Source: Phoronis australis
Taxonomy: Eukaryota > Animalia > Phoronida
Direction: 5' to 3'
DNA: 64,000 nucleotides
Assembly: GCA_002633005.1 (NCBI GenBank)
Contig: NMRA01000541.1
Location: 1-64,000 of the forward strand
Part shown: piece by piece, positions 14,001-26,000 of the stretch
How the letters are laid out: every line of letters starts with the position of its first letter
How positions within the stretch are numbered: position 1 is the stretch's first letter
Translations under genes and position numbers: made by a program
The notes under the pieces: generated by a model
Seen by the model: the letters and a program-made list of their open reading frames with translations, nothing else
What the model was told of the DNA's origin: nothing
Database searches by the model: none

Positions 14001-17000
14001 TATAGACGCAGCTATTTTTGACAGTCTTTGCTCACAATTGTTTGTTGTTTGTGTTACGCCAAACTGCATCTTTTTGTGTTTTTAATATTCTCCACCGGTC
14101 TCTTATCACGTGCCCATGATGATGGGATAGTGAGTTAGTTGTTACACCGAAGAGCTCTCACTCTGGGGTTTTTATTTTCATATGATTAACCGTTGCAGTA
14201 CAGACGCGAACTTCACGGTCCAGTATGCCCTAAACGCACGGACTTCGATGGCTTTAACTTCAGAATCATATGGTTACGATTTCCACGAACTTAGACAGTG
14301 ACATCAAACACGCAATGACCACTGTTGAGGTTACAGCCAATTCTAGCTTTGCGCGTTCCGTTTTCATGTATTGGTGACGTTAAAATCATCTAGTTCAATG
14401 TATCAGTTCTTCGTTCACGTTGTTCCAAAAATAAATATTTTCTGTCAACAACATATTGACAAATTATGTAAAATAAAACAATTCACGGGAAGATGTGAAT
14501 ACGTGGTGAAGAGGTATTTGTCTCTACTCGACATATGTGGGTGAATCTTTGGTAAAGCGATTGCGATGTTGAAAAAATGATAGAATATAAACCAAGGTGC
14601 AGATTAATTCTTCTGTGCTTAGCTGTAAGAAGACCTCCAACATTTTTTTTAAAACAGCACTCAATCATTAAAAAATCCAGCATGAGAGCGCTTCGTCAGA
14701 AATGCCTAGCACATACAGCGTTTTAGCGGAGACGTTGGCGTTTCCGTATGTCCACAAAAGTGCTTTGAGCAGTGTGTACCAATCTGTTCATTTCGTTTTT
14801 CTACACTGACGAATACGGCCAACATGGTGTTTTAAAAAAGTCCACTTTTGAGGGCATTTTCAAAATTAATATGTTTGGTTGATGCATTCAGAGCGTCGCT
14901 GCCCTCGTCGCCGTAGACCAAATGTACGCGTTGGGCAGAAAACGTATCTGCGTAAAAAAGTGTTGCGTTTTCAAAACTTTTAGAGTCGTGTGTTGTCAGG
15001 ACCCTACATTAATAAACCGAGGCGAAGTACAAAGCGCGTCTTCAAAATTTAGATAAAGTTTACGGCATGCTAATTACAGCGGGGTCACAGACTCCGAGCA
15101 AGTTTTTAAGCATACGTTTATTGTAATATCGGTTGAATTGTATGTTATAACTGTGAATAGCACGTAAGCGCACAATAAGCCATTCACATTTATATCTGAT
15201 CACAATTCTCCCCCTGCTTTGAAAACAAACAATCGTATGGATAATTTTCGGAAATAACGTGAACTGAAATGGTAGGATAAACACTACATACCATAGTCCA
15301 GATTTTACATTCGAAGACCGCTTTTGTGAGAAAGAAACTCTCAACATGAGAAGTTGGTAATGACAAGTAAATAAATATAACGTTTTCCCCTTGGAGTAGA
15401 CGCGAAACCCTAAGTATTGTGTTCTTACTCCAATGGGCTCGGCCTTGGTGCGAAGCTGTTTACTAAATTGAATATACAACTTTGCGCTGTTCAGTGGGTA
15501 ATAACTGACCGAATAAAGTCTTCCTTGAGTAATCTAAATGATTTACCGTCGTTACAAAAATTGTTTTTCTACAATTATTCTGCTATAAAATTTGCGTTGT
15601 GATCTTTTGCGTCGACTTTCGGTGCAAAGATTTTGCGTCACGTATTAGCCAGTTTCTTTTTCCCAGATTGTTCAATCAGACGTTCTCCCTCGAGGTTGCG
15701 TAAACGTCACAGCAAATGATTAGAATTGGTTTCACTTCAATATAAGTTTTTGGAATTTGATATCAGTAAACCGAATTTTATAACAACTTTTGCTGCGATG
15801 TTGTCATCATCTAATGGGAGAGTTCGAAAAAACTCTGGAAGTGCCACGAGTCACGAATGTACTACTTTCAAAACGACGACGTACATTTCTTTGTTACCAA
15901 TGCAGAGAATTGCGCAAAGAAAAGACGTAGGATATTTTTCGCTTAAACGTCCGTAACGGGCAAGGTGAATGTCAATTGAGTTCCAGATTTTGCATGCACA
16001 GCCGCCGGTCTTTAGCTCATGTTGATATAAGCTTCACGACGAGGTGACGAGCGTAACTATTCGGGCTGTTTGCAATTTCGAGGTCTGTCGAACCTCAATA
16101 CACAATGGCACCTTGCTGTATTTTGACTATAGTCTTCATACAGCTAGCTGGCTTGATAGGAAGGCTCTAGCTTCGGAACAATTTTTTACTCCAAAAGTGA
16201 CAACAACTACAGAATGATGATGGATCATGGATTACACTATAACCGATCACATTTTCCATTTTAATGCGCCCATGGTCTTAATCTCTACACAATATTGAAA
16301 CCGTTGTTTATGTTGTTCTTAAAATAAACTGTTGCTCTTCTGCTGTACCAACATATTAAGAAATTATTCAAAAATAACAATAATTATCTGTGGTAAAGCA
16401 CATTATACAGTGTGATGATCAAGAGCAATAACAGATGAGCGCGAATGCGTGCTGCTTGTTGAGCATTCCGCAGCATGAAAACACTTGATGTCGCAAAATA
16501 GCCAGCGTTGTATTTTGATTTTTGTTCAATTTTACTGTAAAAATTCAAATTTCTTGCTTGTTTGTATGCATAATGTACTGTCTAAAAAGTCTCATACTTA
16601 TTACTAAGAGGCAGAAATTTGGCCGCGATATCAGTTAACGTTTGATTTTACATCGCCGTCAGTAATTCAACATAAAGCTGACGTTAAACGAAAGTCCATA
16701 AACCGATGTCAAGACCGGAGTCGCCACTGGTGAACGAACAACGAACAGTCAAATGTTTGTTTGGCAAAAGTTCAGCCGCTAAGTCATAAAATGGTAATTG
16801 CCGACCAAGGACACGCTTAATCCGAATTCGTCGTCTACGCTAGGCGACCATTTAGCCGACCCAAGTGCCGTCTGGTGGTCGGCTAGACGACAGGTCGACG
16901 GCCGGTCGTCGACCAATTTCCGAGCGGTCGGACAAAAATTCGTGTTGTGTGCTGTACACAAACAACGTCACCTGAACATGCAGATCTAAATGATATTTTT

Positions 17001-20000
17001 ATTAGCCCGTGCACCATCGCGGTACCGTGTTATACCACAGCTACATGTACCAAAGACCTGAGGAAAGCGTGAGGTAAGCGTAAGGGAAGCATGAGGGAAG
17101 CGTGAGGAAAGCGCTAGGAAGGCGTTCATCAAGCCGGAGGTAAGCGTAAATGCTACCCGGAGAGTAGGCGTGGGACGACCGTGACTGAGTTCTCTCACGC
17201 CTGCGTTCCGGTTACGCTCCGGTCTGACCAGACGTGAGGTAGATCTGAGGAAGTTTAATATTTCAGTTGCTGTACTGTACCATTCTCCAGCTCACAGAGG
17301 AACTCAGTCCGCCAGTCCTCAATAACTCCATCACTTTTATTAATATCAGAAGCAGCCTTCCCTGATGCATGCTTTTTACCATTGACCCACGGAGAGACTT
17401 CCTGTATAAAAGAAACCATCAAAACGTTACACAAAAACTCGAGTGTATGAGTCAACAAGAGCCAGGGCCAGGTTTCTGACAGGAATTTTCTCCAGACAAG
17501 CCTATCTTCAGATATACCAAATAGGCGTATATGAGGAAACCAACAGCAGATACGCCTAAATATTTTATTTGTGAATGCATGGTTGCGTCCTAAAACTGAT
17601 AGCATTCTCAAAAAAATTGGACACCAAGACATGACTAAAGTTACTTTACTTTTTTGGGACTTACGATATCGCTATTAAACAGTGTTCAACAGGGAGCTTC
17701 GGTAACAAAAATGTCCCCGGACTTTTCTATTTTCTCTCCGGGTCCTGAGCTGCATGAGGGCGTTATTTTCCATCTGACTGCTTGCATGTACTTTTTGTAT
17801 GGTTAAATATAATATAGTTATGAAATTCATAATTCACAGATCTTGCGTTCAAAGTAGCATATTTTCAGAAAAAATTAGGTGGACCATATTGTAAAATACG
17901 TTGACAGGTACGGGGTCTGTAAACAACATTAGCCAATCGCAATTTGAGAAAACCTGTTTCGGACTTGAACACGGTTCGGGCACTTAGACAATGTATATTA
18001 GCTCCCCAAAAATGAAAAAAATGAGATTGGCCAAGTTTGTAGCAGTTTTGTGGATAAAATGGGAAATGATTGCCTCGAATGATACTCAGCAATATCTTGG
18101 AGTTGATTTGAGTAAAATGGAGTCCTGAAATTTGGCATATGCTAATTTCTACCCAGATACGGAAGTCTGGCCAATTTCGAGGAACAGTTTTTCAGTGTTG
18201 ATCTTTTGGCACGAATCCAAGTAACGTTCAGACGAGTGGAGTTTGCAAAAAATCTGGTGGGTAATAACTTACGCGTACTCCAAGGCAAATTTCAGGGCCT
18301 TACAGTTCAAGAGGATTTGAATTCATTTCATCGCTCTTGCACCGGTGCATTAACGAATTCGCGACTTTGGGTAGAAGTAGGCCCTGTCAGATATTGAATG
18401 TGGGTTTGTTTAAGAAGTAGCTATGCTTTGAGACTATGTGTAGCTGGAGATTGAATAATTTGGTCCAATAATTAATTTATTATATGAAAACCACTAATTA
18501 AACTAGTGAACCCTGTTGTTATTTAAGTAATCAACTACAAAAAGATTATCTACGCTAGCGCTCTCTTTAAAGATTACTATAATCAATCAACCAAATAACC
18601 AAATGTCTTATCAGCAATCCAGGTCAGCACTCTTCACTTGTTGGATGACTGTCCTGTTGGTGAATCTTCGAACAAGCACACACTGTATTGCAACAATGTA
18701 CATGCTGGTCACTGTCTCTTGTGACAGGACACTTGTAGGCAGTTCCTTCAACCCACGAGTCTTCTTGATGGTGACAGTCTATTGATCTACTACCCAATTT
18801 GCACGAATCTTCAATACCTTAATCTACTCAGGTAACCAGTGCCAATATTCTCTAGGCCTTTGATAGCTTCAACCTTAAACTGATACATTTGAAAAAACAA
18901 GGTCCACCCCATGATGCGTCCAAAGACTAACTTAATTTTTTGAATGTAAGCTACGGGTTGATGGTCAGTATGAACGCTAAAATATTTACCATAAATATAG
19001 TTTGCAAATATTGTAATGGCAAACATTCCCACTTAATAAGTGACTAATTCTGAGGTAACAATTTGTTACTAGCACATGCTACTGGGAACCTTCGATCATC
19101 ATACTCCTGCAACAAAATGCAGCCTATACCAGTATCTGACGCATCAGTCTGCACTGTAAAGAGTTTACTGAAATCGGGTAATCTCAGTATGGGTGATCCC
19201 GTCAGCAGGTCTCGAAGAGCGTCTGCTGAGCATCGCCCCTTTGCACGGTGTTCGGCAGTTTCTTCTTTGCGAGCTCAGTAAGCGGGATTATGATTTCAGG
19301 GAAGTTTGGGTTGAACTTCCTACAGTATCCAGCCAACCTGAGATAAGATCGTTTCTCCGCGCTGGGTCGTAGTGCGTCTCGTCTTCATCCTTTGCCAGGT
19401 GTTCTTCGCCTTACACATGTCCAACGAAATCGACGGAACTAGATCCAACCGAACACTTTATGGGTCGAATAGTTAGTCCAGCCTCTTGTACACGTTGGAA
19501 GGTACCTTGCAAGGTGAAAAGGTGTTCAGTCGAGGTGTTAATATGACACTGAATATCATCTACATAATGCTCTGTATTATGTGCTCCAACGAACATCTTC
19601 CTCATCATGCGGTTGAGGGTTGCAGCCAAATTTACCAGTCCAAACGGCAGTTTTATGAAATTGTAGCAACCACTTGGCACAACAAACGAAGTCTCAGGCC
19701 TTGATTCTTTGGCGGCAATGACTTGCCAGTATAACATATTTAGATCAATCTTCGTAAAATACTGGTCTTAGACATGATGTCACCAGGATCGCCCAACAGT
19801 TCCGAGACGAACTTGGTGATGGCGTGCAAAGGACGAAAATCAACGCAGAATCGATTTGAATCATCTTTCTTCTTCAGTAAGACCACCGGAGAGTTTTAGT
19901 GAGCATCAGATGGTTCTATGACTCCACACTTGAACATGTTGAAATTCCCTACTGCACAGCAGCCCGTGTGGCATATGGACAGGGACATGGCTTGACTCTC

Positions 20001-23000
20001 ATTGGCTCTTCACTGGTGGTCACAATCTTGTGCTCAACCGGATGGGTCTTACTCGGTACCTGATTAAAGATGTCAGAATACTCTTCTAGCAGACTTGTCA
20101 CTTCCCTTCGTTGGCTAGTAGTGAGCTCGTCTGAAATCTTGACCTCTTTGTATGTTTCTTTTTGGTTTATCGATCCCAAATCCAGTAGACGTTCATCATC
20201 GACAACACCAATTTCATAGTCCATTTCAGGCTGAAGTACACAACGGTTTAAGCACATCCACGGGCCCTCGCACAGTTCTACCTTACAACAGCTCAAACGG
20301 CAAGGAATCTTTGCTGACTTGTGGTACCTCACAGTAGGCGAAGGCCACTGCTGGTAAGTACCTTCCTCAAAACAAGGTATCCCCCAACGAATGACTCGTT
20401 GGTTAGCGTCATAACCTATCGTTGATATTTGACAGGGACAACTATCTGATGCAACTCTTTTGTGTTAACAGCATACACTCGGTTAAGGACCCCCTTTTGC
20501 TTCTCATACCAGTATTGACATCTACCATGTGATCTTGCTGCATTGTCTCGACAAGTTCCATGAGGTTACGTAGGGAAGGATCATGTTGTTGCTGGTCCTT
20601 CAATTTGCTGACGTTGAGACTTTCCATTCCGGATGGAGTCACCGTCAAAGGCTTACTAGGTTTCTCTCTACTGTTAGCCTGTGCTCTAGTAGTGCCTTCG
20701 GAAATGACGCTGCCTTGGGGCTGTCAATTGAGATCAGGATCCTTGCTGACGCCAACAGCGTTCCCTATGATGAGGTCGTATGTCGGTATGCGCATACACA
20801 CCGCCTCTGTTTCCTCAACGAAGAATGGAGTGTCTACCTCAATCTCTGCTAGGGGTAAGAATCGTGCTGCCCCATCTATTAACACACAGGTGTGTAATTT
20901 CCCTCTCATTTGACTTTCTTTGACGAAGGATGTCTTCACCGCTGCACTACTGCAACCGGTGTCACGCATCATGCGTATTTTGTCCCGTCGACGTAACCTT
21001 CACGGGCATATTGTGGTTAGCAGGAGGCTCTCTGTGCTTATCACAGGTACCCGTCCCCACGGGTACAGTGTATAGATGTCTCATCGGCTTATTTCAGACA
21101 GCGATCAATTATCTGCTGCTTTGTCGGACTGTTGTGACTCGATACACAGGTTCTCGTGCAGCTTACCTTTACTCATATGAGAGCTTGAATACACGCTTGA
21201 GATGACGACACACAAACGCAGACGTCCTGCGTGCGGCAGAGCCACCCGAAGAGAGAGCTCTCGATTCCCCAGTCACGTGACAAAACTAGAACTTACAGCA
21301 TCCGGCCACTTACGGAAACCCACGGACGAACACGAACACACGAGACAACACGAAAGACGAGACCACACCAACCAACATTTACAACATTCCTCCCCTCCCT
21401 AAATAGAAGAATGATAAAAAAACACCACCCAACCTTTACACCCCCCTTAACTAATGAAATAGCAAAAAACTGACCAATGTCTATTATGAAAAATTAAGAA
21501 CTATACTACGAAAAATATTAGAGTTAGGCCGGATTTACAATAAAAAAACTAAATACTTCACAAAAGTACGTGACTGGGGATACTTGAAAAATTGAAAAAT
21601 ACTAGTTACAAGGTACATATGGTCAAAAAAAATAATTAAACTTGTGACAAGAAGAATTTTCTGTACTATATATTTAAAAAAAAAACTATTCACATTTGGA
21701 CCATATGAACAAGTACTGAACACAGAACATGTAGTGCACAAAACAACAAGCAACAGCAAGGTAGCACAGTAAGCTACTACAGAAAATTAACAAATGGTGG
21801 ACAGAACATGAGGTATGCTGGTTGCGTGACCTCACGATTAATAATGAAAGAAAAAAAACAGGATCTGCGGACTGTTTAGCTGAAATATTTAAAACATTCG
21901 GAGATGTTGTATTATTATAAATAAAACAGCCATCAGGTTTCAGATCAAACTTTTCATTATCTGCACCACCTGAAGCAAAAATGCCAGACAGACCGAAATC
22001 TGTCTCGCCAAGGTGACTGAGTAGCCAGTGTAGGGTTGGAGTCAGGATTCGTAATCACTTGCCTAGTTCCAACATATTTGTCTACTTTGGGAAGAATTGC
22101 AAGTGCACTCTCCTTAATCTTTATGGTCTCTGGAACGGACTCACCAATTGACGCTGCAGGAGAGACACAGACGTTCCTAGTCACTGCCACATCTCGTATG
22201 AAATCAGGCTGAGACAGCCCCCTTGGAGTTAGTGGGACATTCTGTGAAACAGTAACTGCAACATCTTGAGTAATCAACGAGTCATATGCAATCTTATCAA
22301 CTGATGGCTCTGGAACTTCAATACTATCTACTGGATTAGATAAAGTTCTATCATCTTCAGTTGAAGGTACAGAGAACTCACCAGCAGTCTGAGTAGATGA
22401 CTCAGCTGTCTTGGAAAGGAAAACCTCAGTCGAACTAGTACGTTTCATGAATTTCTGAACCGATTTTTTCAAGAAACCTAACAGGCCAACTACTTTCTTA
22501 ATGTCAGGGAGGTCAAAGCTCATTCGACGAGCTGAAACAGAATTCCAACAAGCCGACTGATAATGACCCAGCTTCCCACACTTGAAACACCTGGGAGGAG
22601 GATTAGAAGATCTTCCCAGAGATGAACTCGGTGAAACTCTTGGTGAAGATGGAGGTCGCTTCGGCGACTGTGTCTGTAACATTGCAAACAACTTGTTAAA
22701 ATTGTTTGATACTTCCCTCCGATTTTCTAAAAGGTCAGACTTTAACTCACCCATCTTCTTATGAAGCTTAGCATTGTCAGTCATAAGGAATGAAACCGAC
22801 GCATCTACGTCATTGCACCTACCCTCAAGAACATCTAATCGAGACTCTAAGGAGCTACGAGGAATGAACTTAAGAGCTGGCTTCTTGGTTACTTGGCGAA
22901 CAGCAACTTCATCTCCTTCCATATTCCCTTCTCTACAAAAAGATACTGACTTCGGTGAATTGGAAGTAGCCATCAAGTCTTTGGTTGTTGAAAACCACCT

Positions 23001-26000
23001 AGCGGCATTCAAGGCAGCCATGAGTGTACTTGGTCGACTGTTTATAGCCAACTGCGCAACCTCTCTATCCTGTAGACCTAAACAGAACCGAAGAACCGCC
23101 TGAGCTTTATCAGAGTCCCTCGCCTCTGGAAAGGCCAACAAGAATAAACTTGTAAGACGGTCAGCCCATTGTTCTAAGGACTCGTCAGAAGTCTGCTTGG
23201 CTGACTGGAACCTAAGTTGGTGCACTTCATTGCACTCGACATCTGCCCCAAAACGATAGGTCATATGATCCACAATTTGGTCGAAACTTGAGTGTGGATG
23301 AGCTTTAATATGGTTGAAAAACCAACGAGAAGCATCACCTTCCAAGCACATGCCCAGCTCTGTTCTACATTTTTGACCTGACCAAAAATTGTCTCGGGCA
23401 ACATTACTGAACTTCCATAGAAAGTCCTCCCATGTACCTAAATTGCCACTAAAGATTAGGTTGCGTGGGAGACGTGACAGGTAATGAGTGCCAGAGCCAG
23501 AGGGCATAGGTGACATGCTAGTATGCGAATGAGACTTTGCATAAGGAACGCCACTACCGGTCTTTGACGACGGAGTCAGTTTAACTGCCAACTTGGAAAA
23601 TGAATAGTCAGGGCTAGAGGTAAGTATTGATGAGGTTTTCTTACCATATTCGTCACAAACCTTGACTACTTCCTCCAAATCTTCTGGCAGACCGCATGGG
23701 ACTGTAAAGTCTATGGACTTCAGTACAGTCTTGGTTGGCTTCCGACTGGAATGTATCTTGCACACATTCTCCGGAGTAATAGCTTATATTGCTCTGAAGT
23801 CCATAACTGCAGCAGCAACATCAGTAGTCATACCCGGAAGGCCCAACAGTGTTGTAGCGTCACAAGAATTGATTAGAATCTTGGACGCCATGTTATGGTA
23901 CCACAAAGGGTGTGTCACTAATTAAATGTAGGTCTGAAAAGACTGAACTTGGAAACAATACCAACTAAAAATTATACTAATGGTAATTATATTTACTAGA
24001 CAAAAATGAAAAATGAAGAATGTAATAAGCGAAACAGCTGAACACCCGCTACGACACGGGTGGTACCGAGCGACAAGGAAAAACAAGTCCACGAAAGTTA
24101 TTTTGAACTACGTGCCACACGTTGTAAAGGTAGAAACTGCACGTAGCAACTACGCCAAATGTTGTGACTTGATACACAGGTTCTCGTGCAGCTTACCTTT
24201 ACTCATATGAAAGCTTGAATACACGCTTGAGATGACGACCCACAAACGCAGACGTCCTGCGTGCAGCAGAGCCACACGAAGAGAGAGCTTTCGATTCCCC
24301 AGTCACGTGACAAAACTAGAACTTACAACATCCGGCCACTTACGGAAACCCACGGACGAACACGAACACATGAGACAACACGAAAGATGAGACCACACCA
24401 ACCAACATTCACAACATGACTATCCTTTGCTACCACAGCTTAACACATCACCGTCTCCTTGGTGTCTTCCCTCTAGGCCTGTTACTGATGCGTGGCAAAC
24501 GACTGCTTAACTAAAGTGAATCCTTTGGACTGGGAGTCTTTCGTTCCGCAGTCCCTAGCTAGATGACACTTCCAATGGCAATTGAACACTCTTTGTCACC
24601 CTAGTTTCTGGTCGTCGACGAACGAGGAGTCTAAGCCCTTCGTCCCTCTGTGTTGCTTGGCGGTGCCTGTCTTCTGGCTACCTGACCCAAGTCTTTCTTT
24701 GCGAACCCTTTGCCCAACACACCAGTACAGTGGGCGGCCATGAACTGTGGAGCAATGGCAGACATCTCGTTGAAAGTCTTCGGTTTCCGTTCCCTCAGGA
24801 ATACGAACATCTCAGGATGGAATACTCCCAGAAACCGCTCTCGGATCAGTCTGTCTCTGAGTCCATCACCTTGACCTCCGCCACTTGTGTTCATCGGTCA
24901 AATAACCTTTAACGACTTGCCCCGAATTGGAACACGTTTTCACCATTTTCATGCTTGGACTCTCTGAACATCCGTCGGAACCCATCTTCGGTTACTTCAT
25001 ATCTGTGCAGCCACGCCACCTTTAATTGGTCATAATTCTTAATTTGGTTGGACGGCATGTTGTTGAATACCTGTAAAATTTACCTGTCGACAATGGACTC
25101 AGGTCCACAGCCCACTCTGATTTATTCCATTTCTGGCTTGTGGCGAACGTCTCAAATCTGGTTAGGAAGGCATCCATGTCGTCCACGCGGTCGTTGAACC
25201 TTGTCACTTTGGGGCGACTGGTACGTACACCACGGCTTGCAGCCCCATCACTAGGGGTCGCTTTGAGCACAATCTGGAGTTGCAGAGCTTTCTGCTTCCC
25301 AATTCCAATAGCTTGGGCCCGCTCTGCTCGTTCCAGTGCAAGTTCCAACTTTTCCAGCTCTTGTTTATGAGCACGCTCTCCTTGTTCCAGTTCCCGTTTA
25401 CGAACACGCTATTCACGCTCCAAGGCCTGCTGCAAGTAGAGCTCCTTTGCGTACTTCCTGAACTGAAGTGTTTCGCTTGCGAAATATACCTTTCAAAACC
25501 CATTTTAGAGAAGGGTTTTATTCCTACAATGCACTTAATTAATATTCAAAGTGCCATTCGACACAACTGCGTAAACCTTTATTTAAACTACTCCCGAACT
25601 GGCCCCCAAATGTCAGAGATTGACTGTGAGTTTATTTAAAAAGTATGCTAGGCTTTGAGAATGTGCGATGATGGAGAGTGAACAATTTAATCCTTTAATT
25701 AATTTATTATATGATAGCCACAAATTAAACTAGTGAACCCTGTTGTTAGTTAAATAATTAACTACAAACACGAGTCACTACGCTAGCGCTCTCTTTAAGA
25801 TTACTTAAACAAATCAATGGAAATAATCAAATGTCTTATCTGCTATCCAAGCTAGGACTCTCCGTTTGGCGGATGTCTGTCCTGCCGGTGAATGTTCGAA
25901 CTACAAACACTGCATTGCAATTGTGTTCCTGCTGGTCACATTCCCTGGTGACACAGCAATTGTTTCGTCCACCCACGATTCTTCTTGCTGCTCAGTCTCT

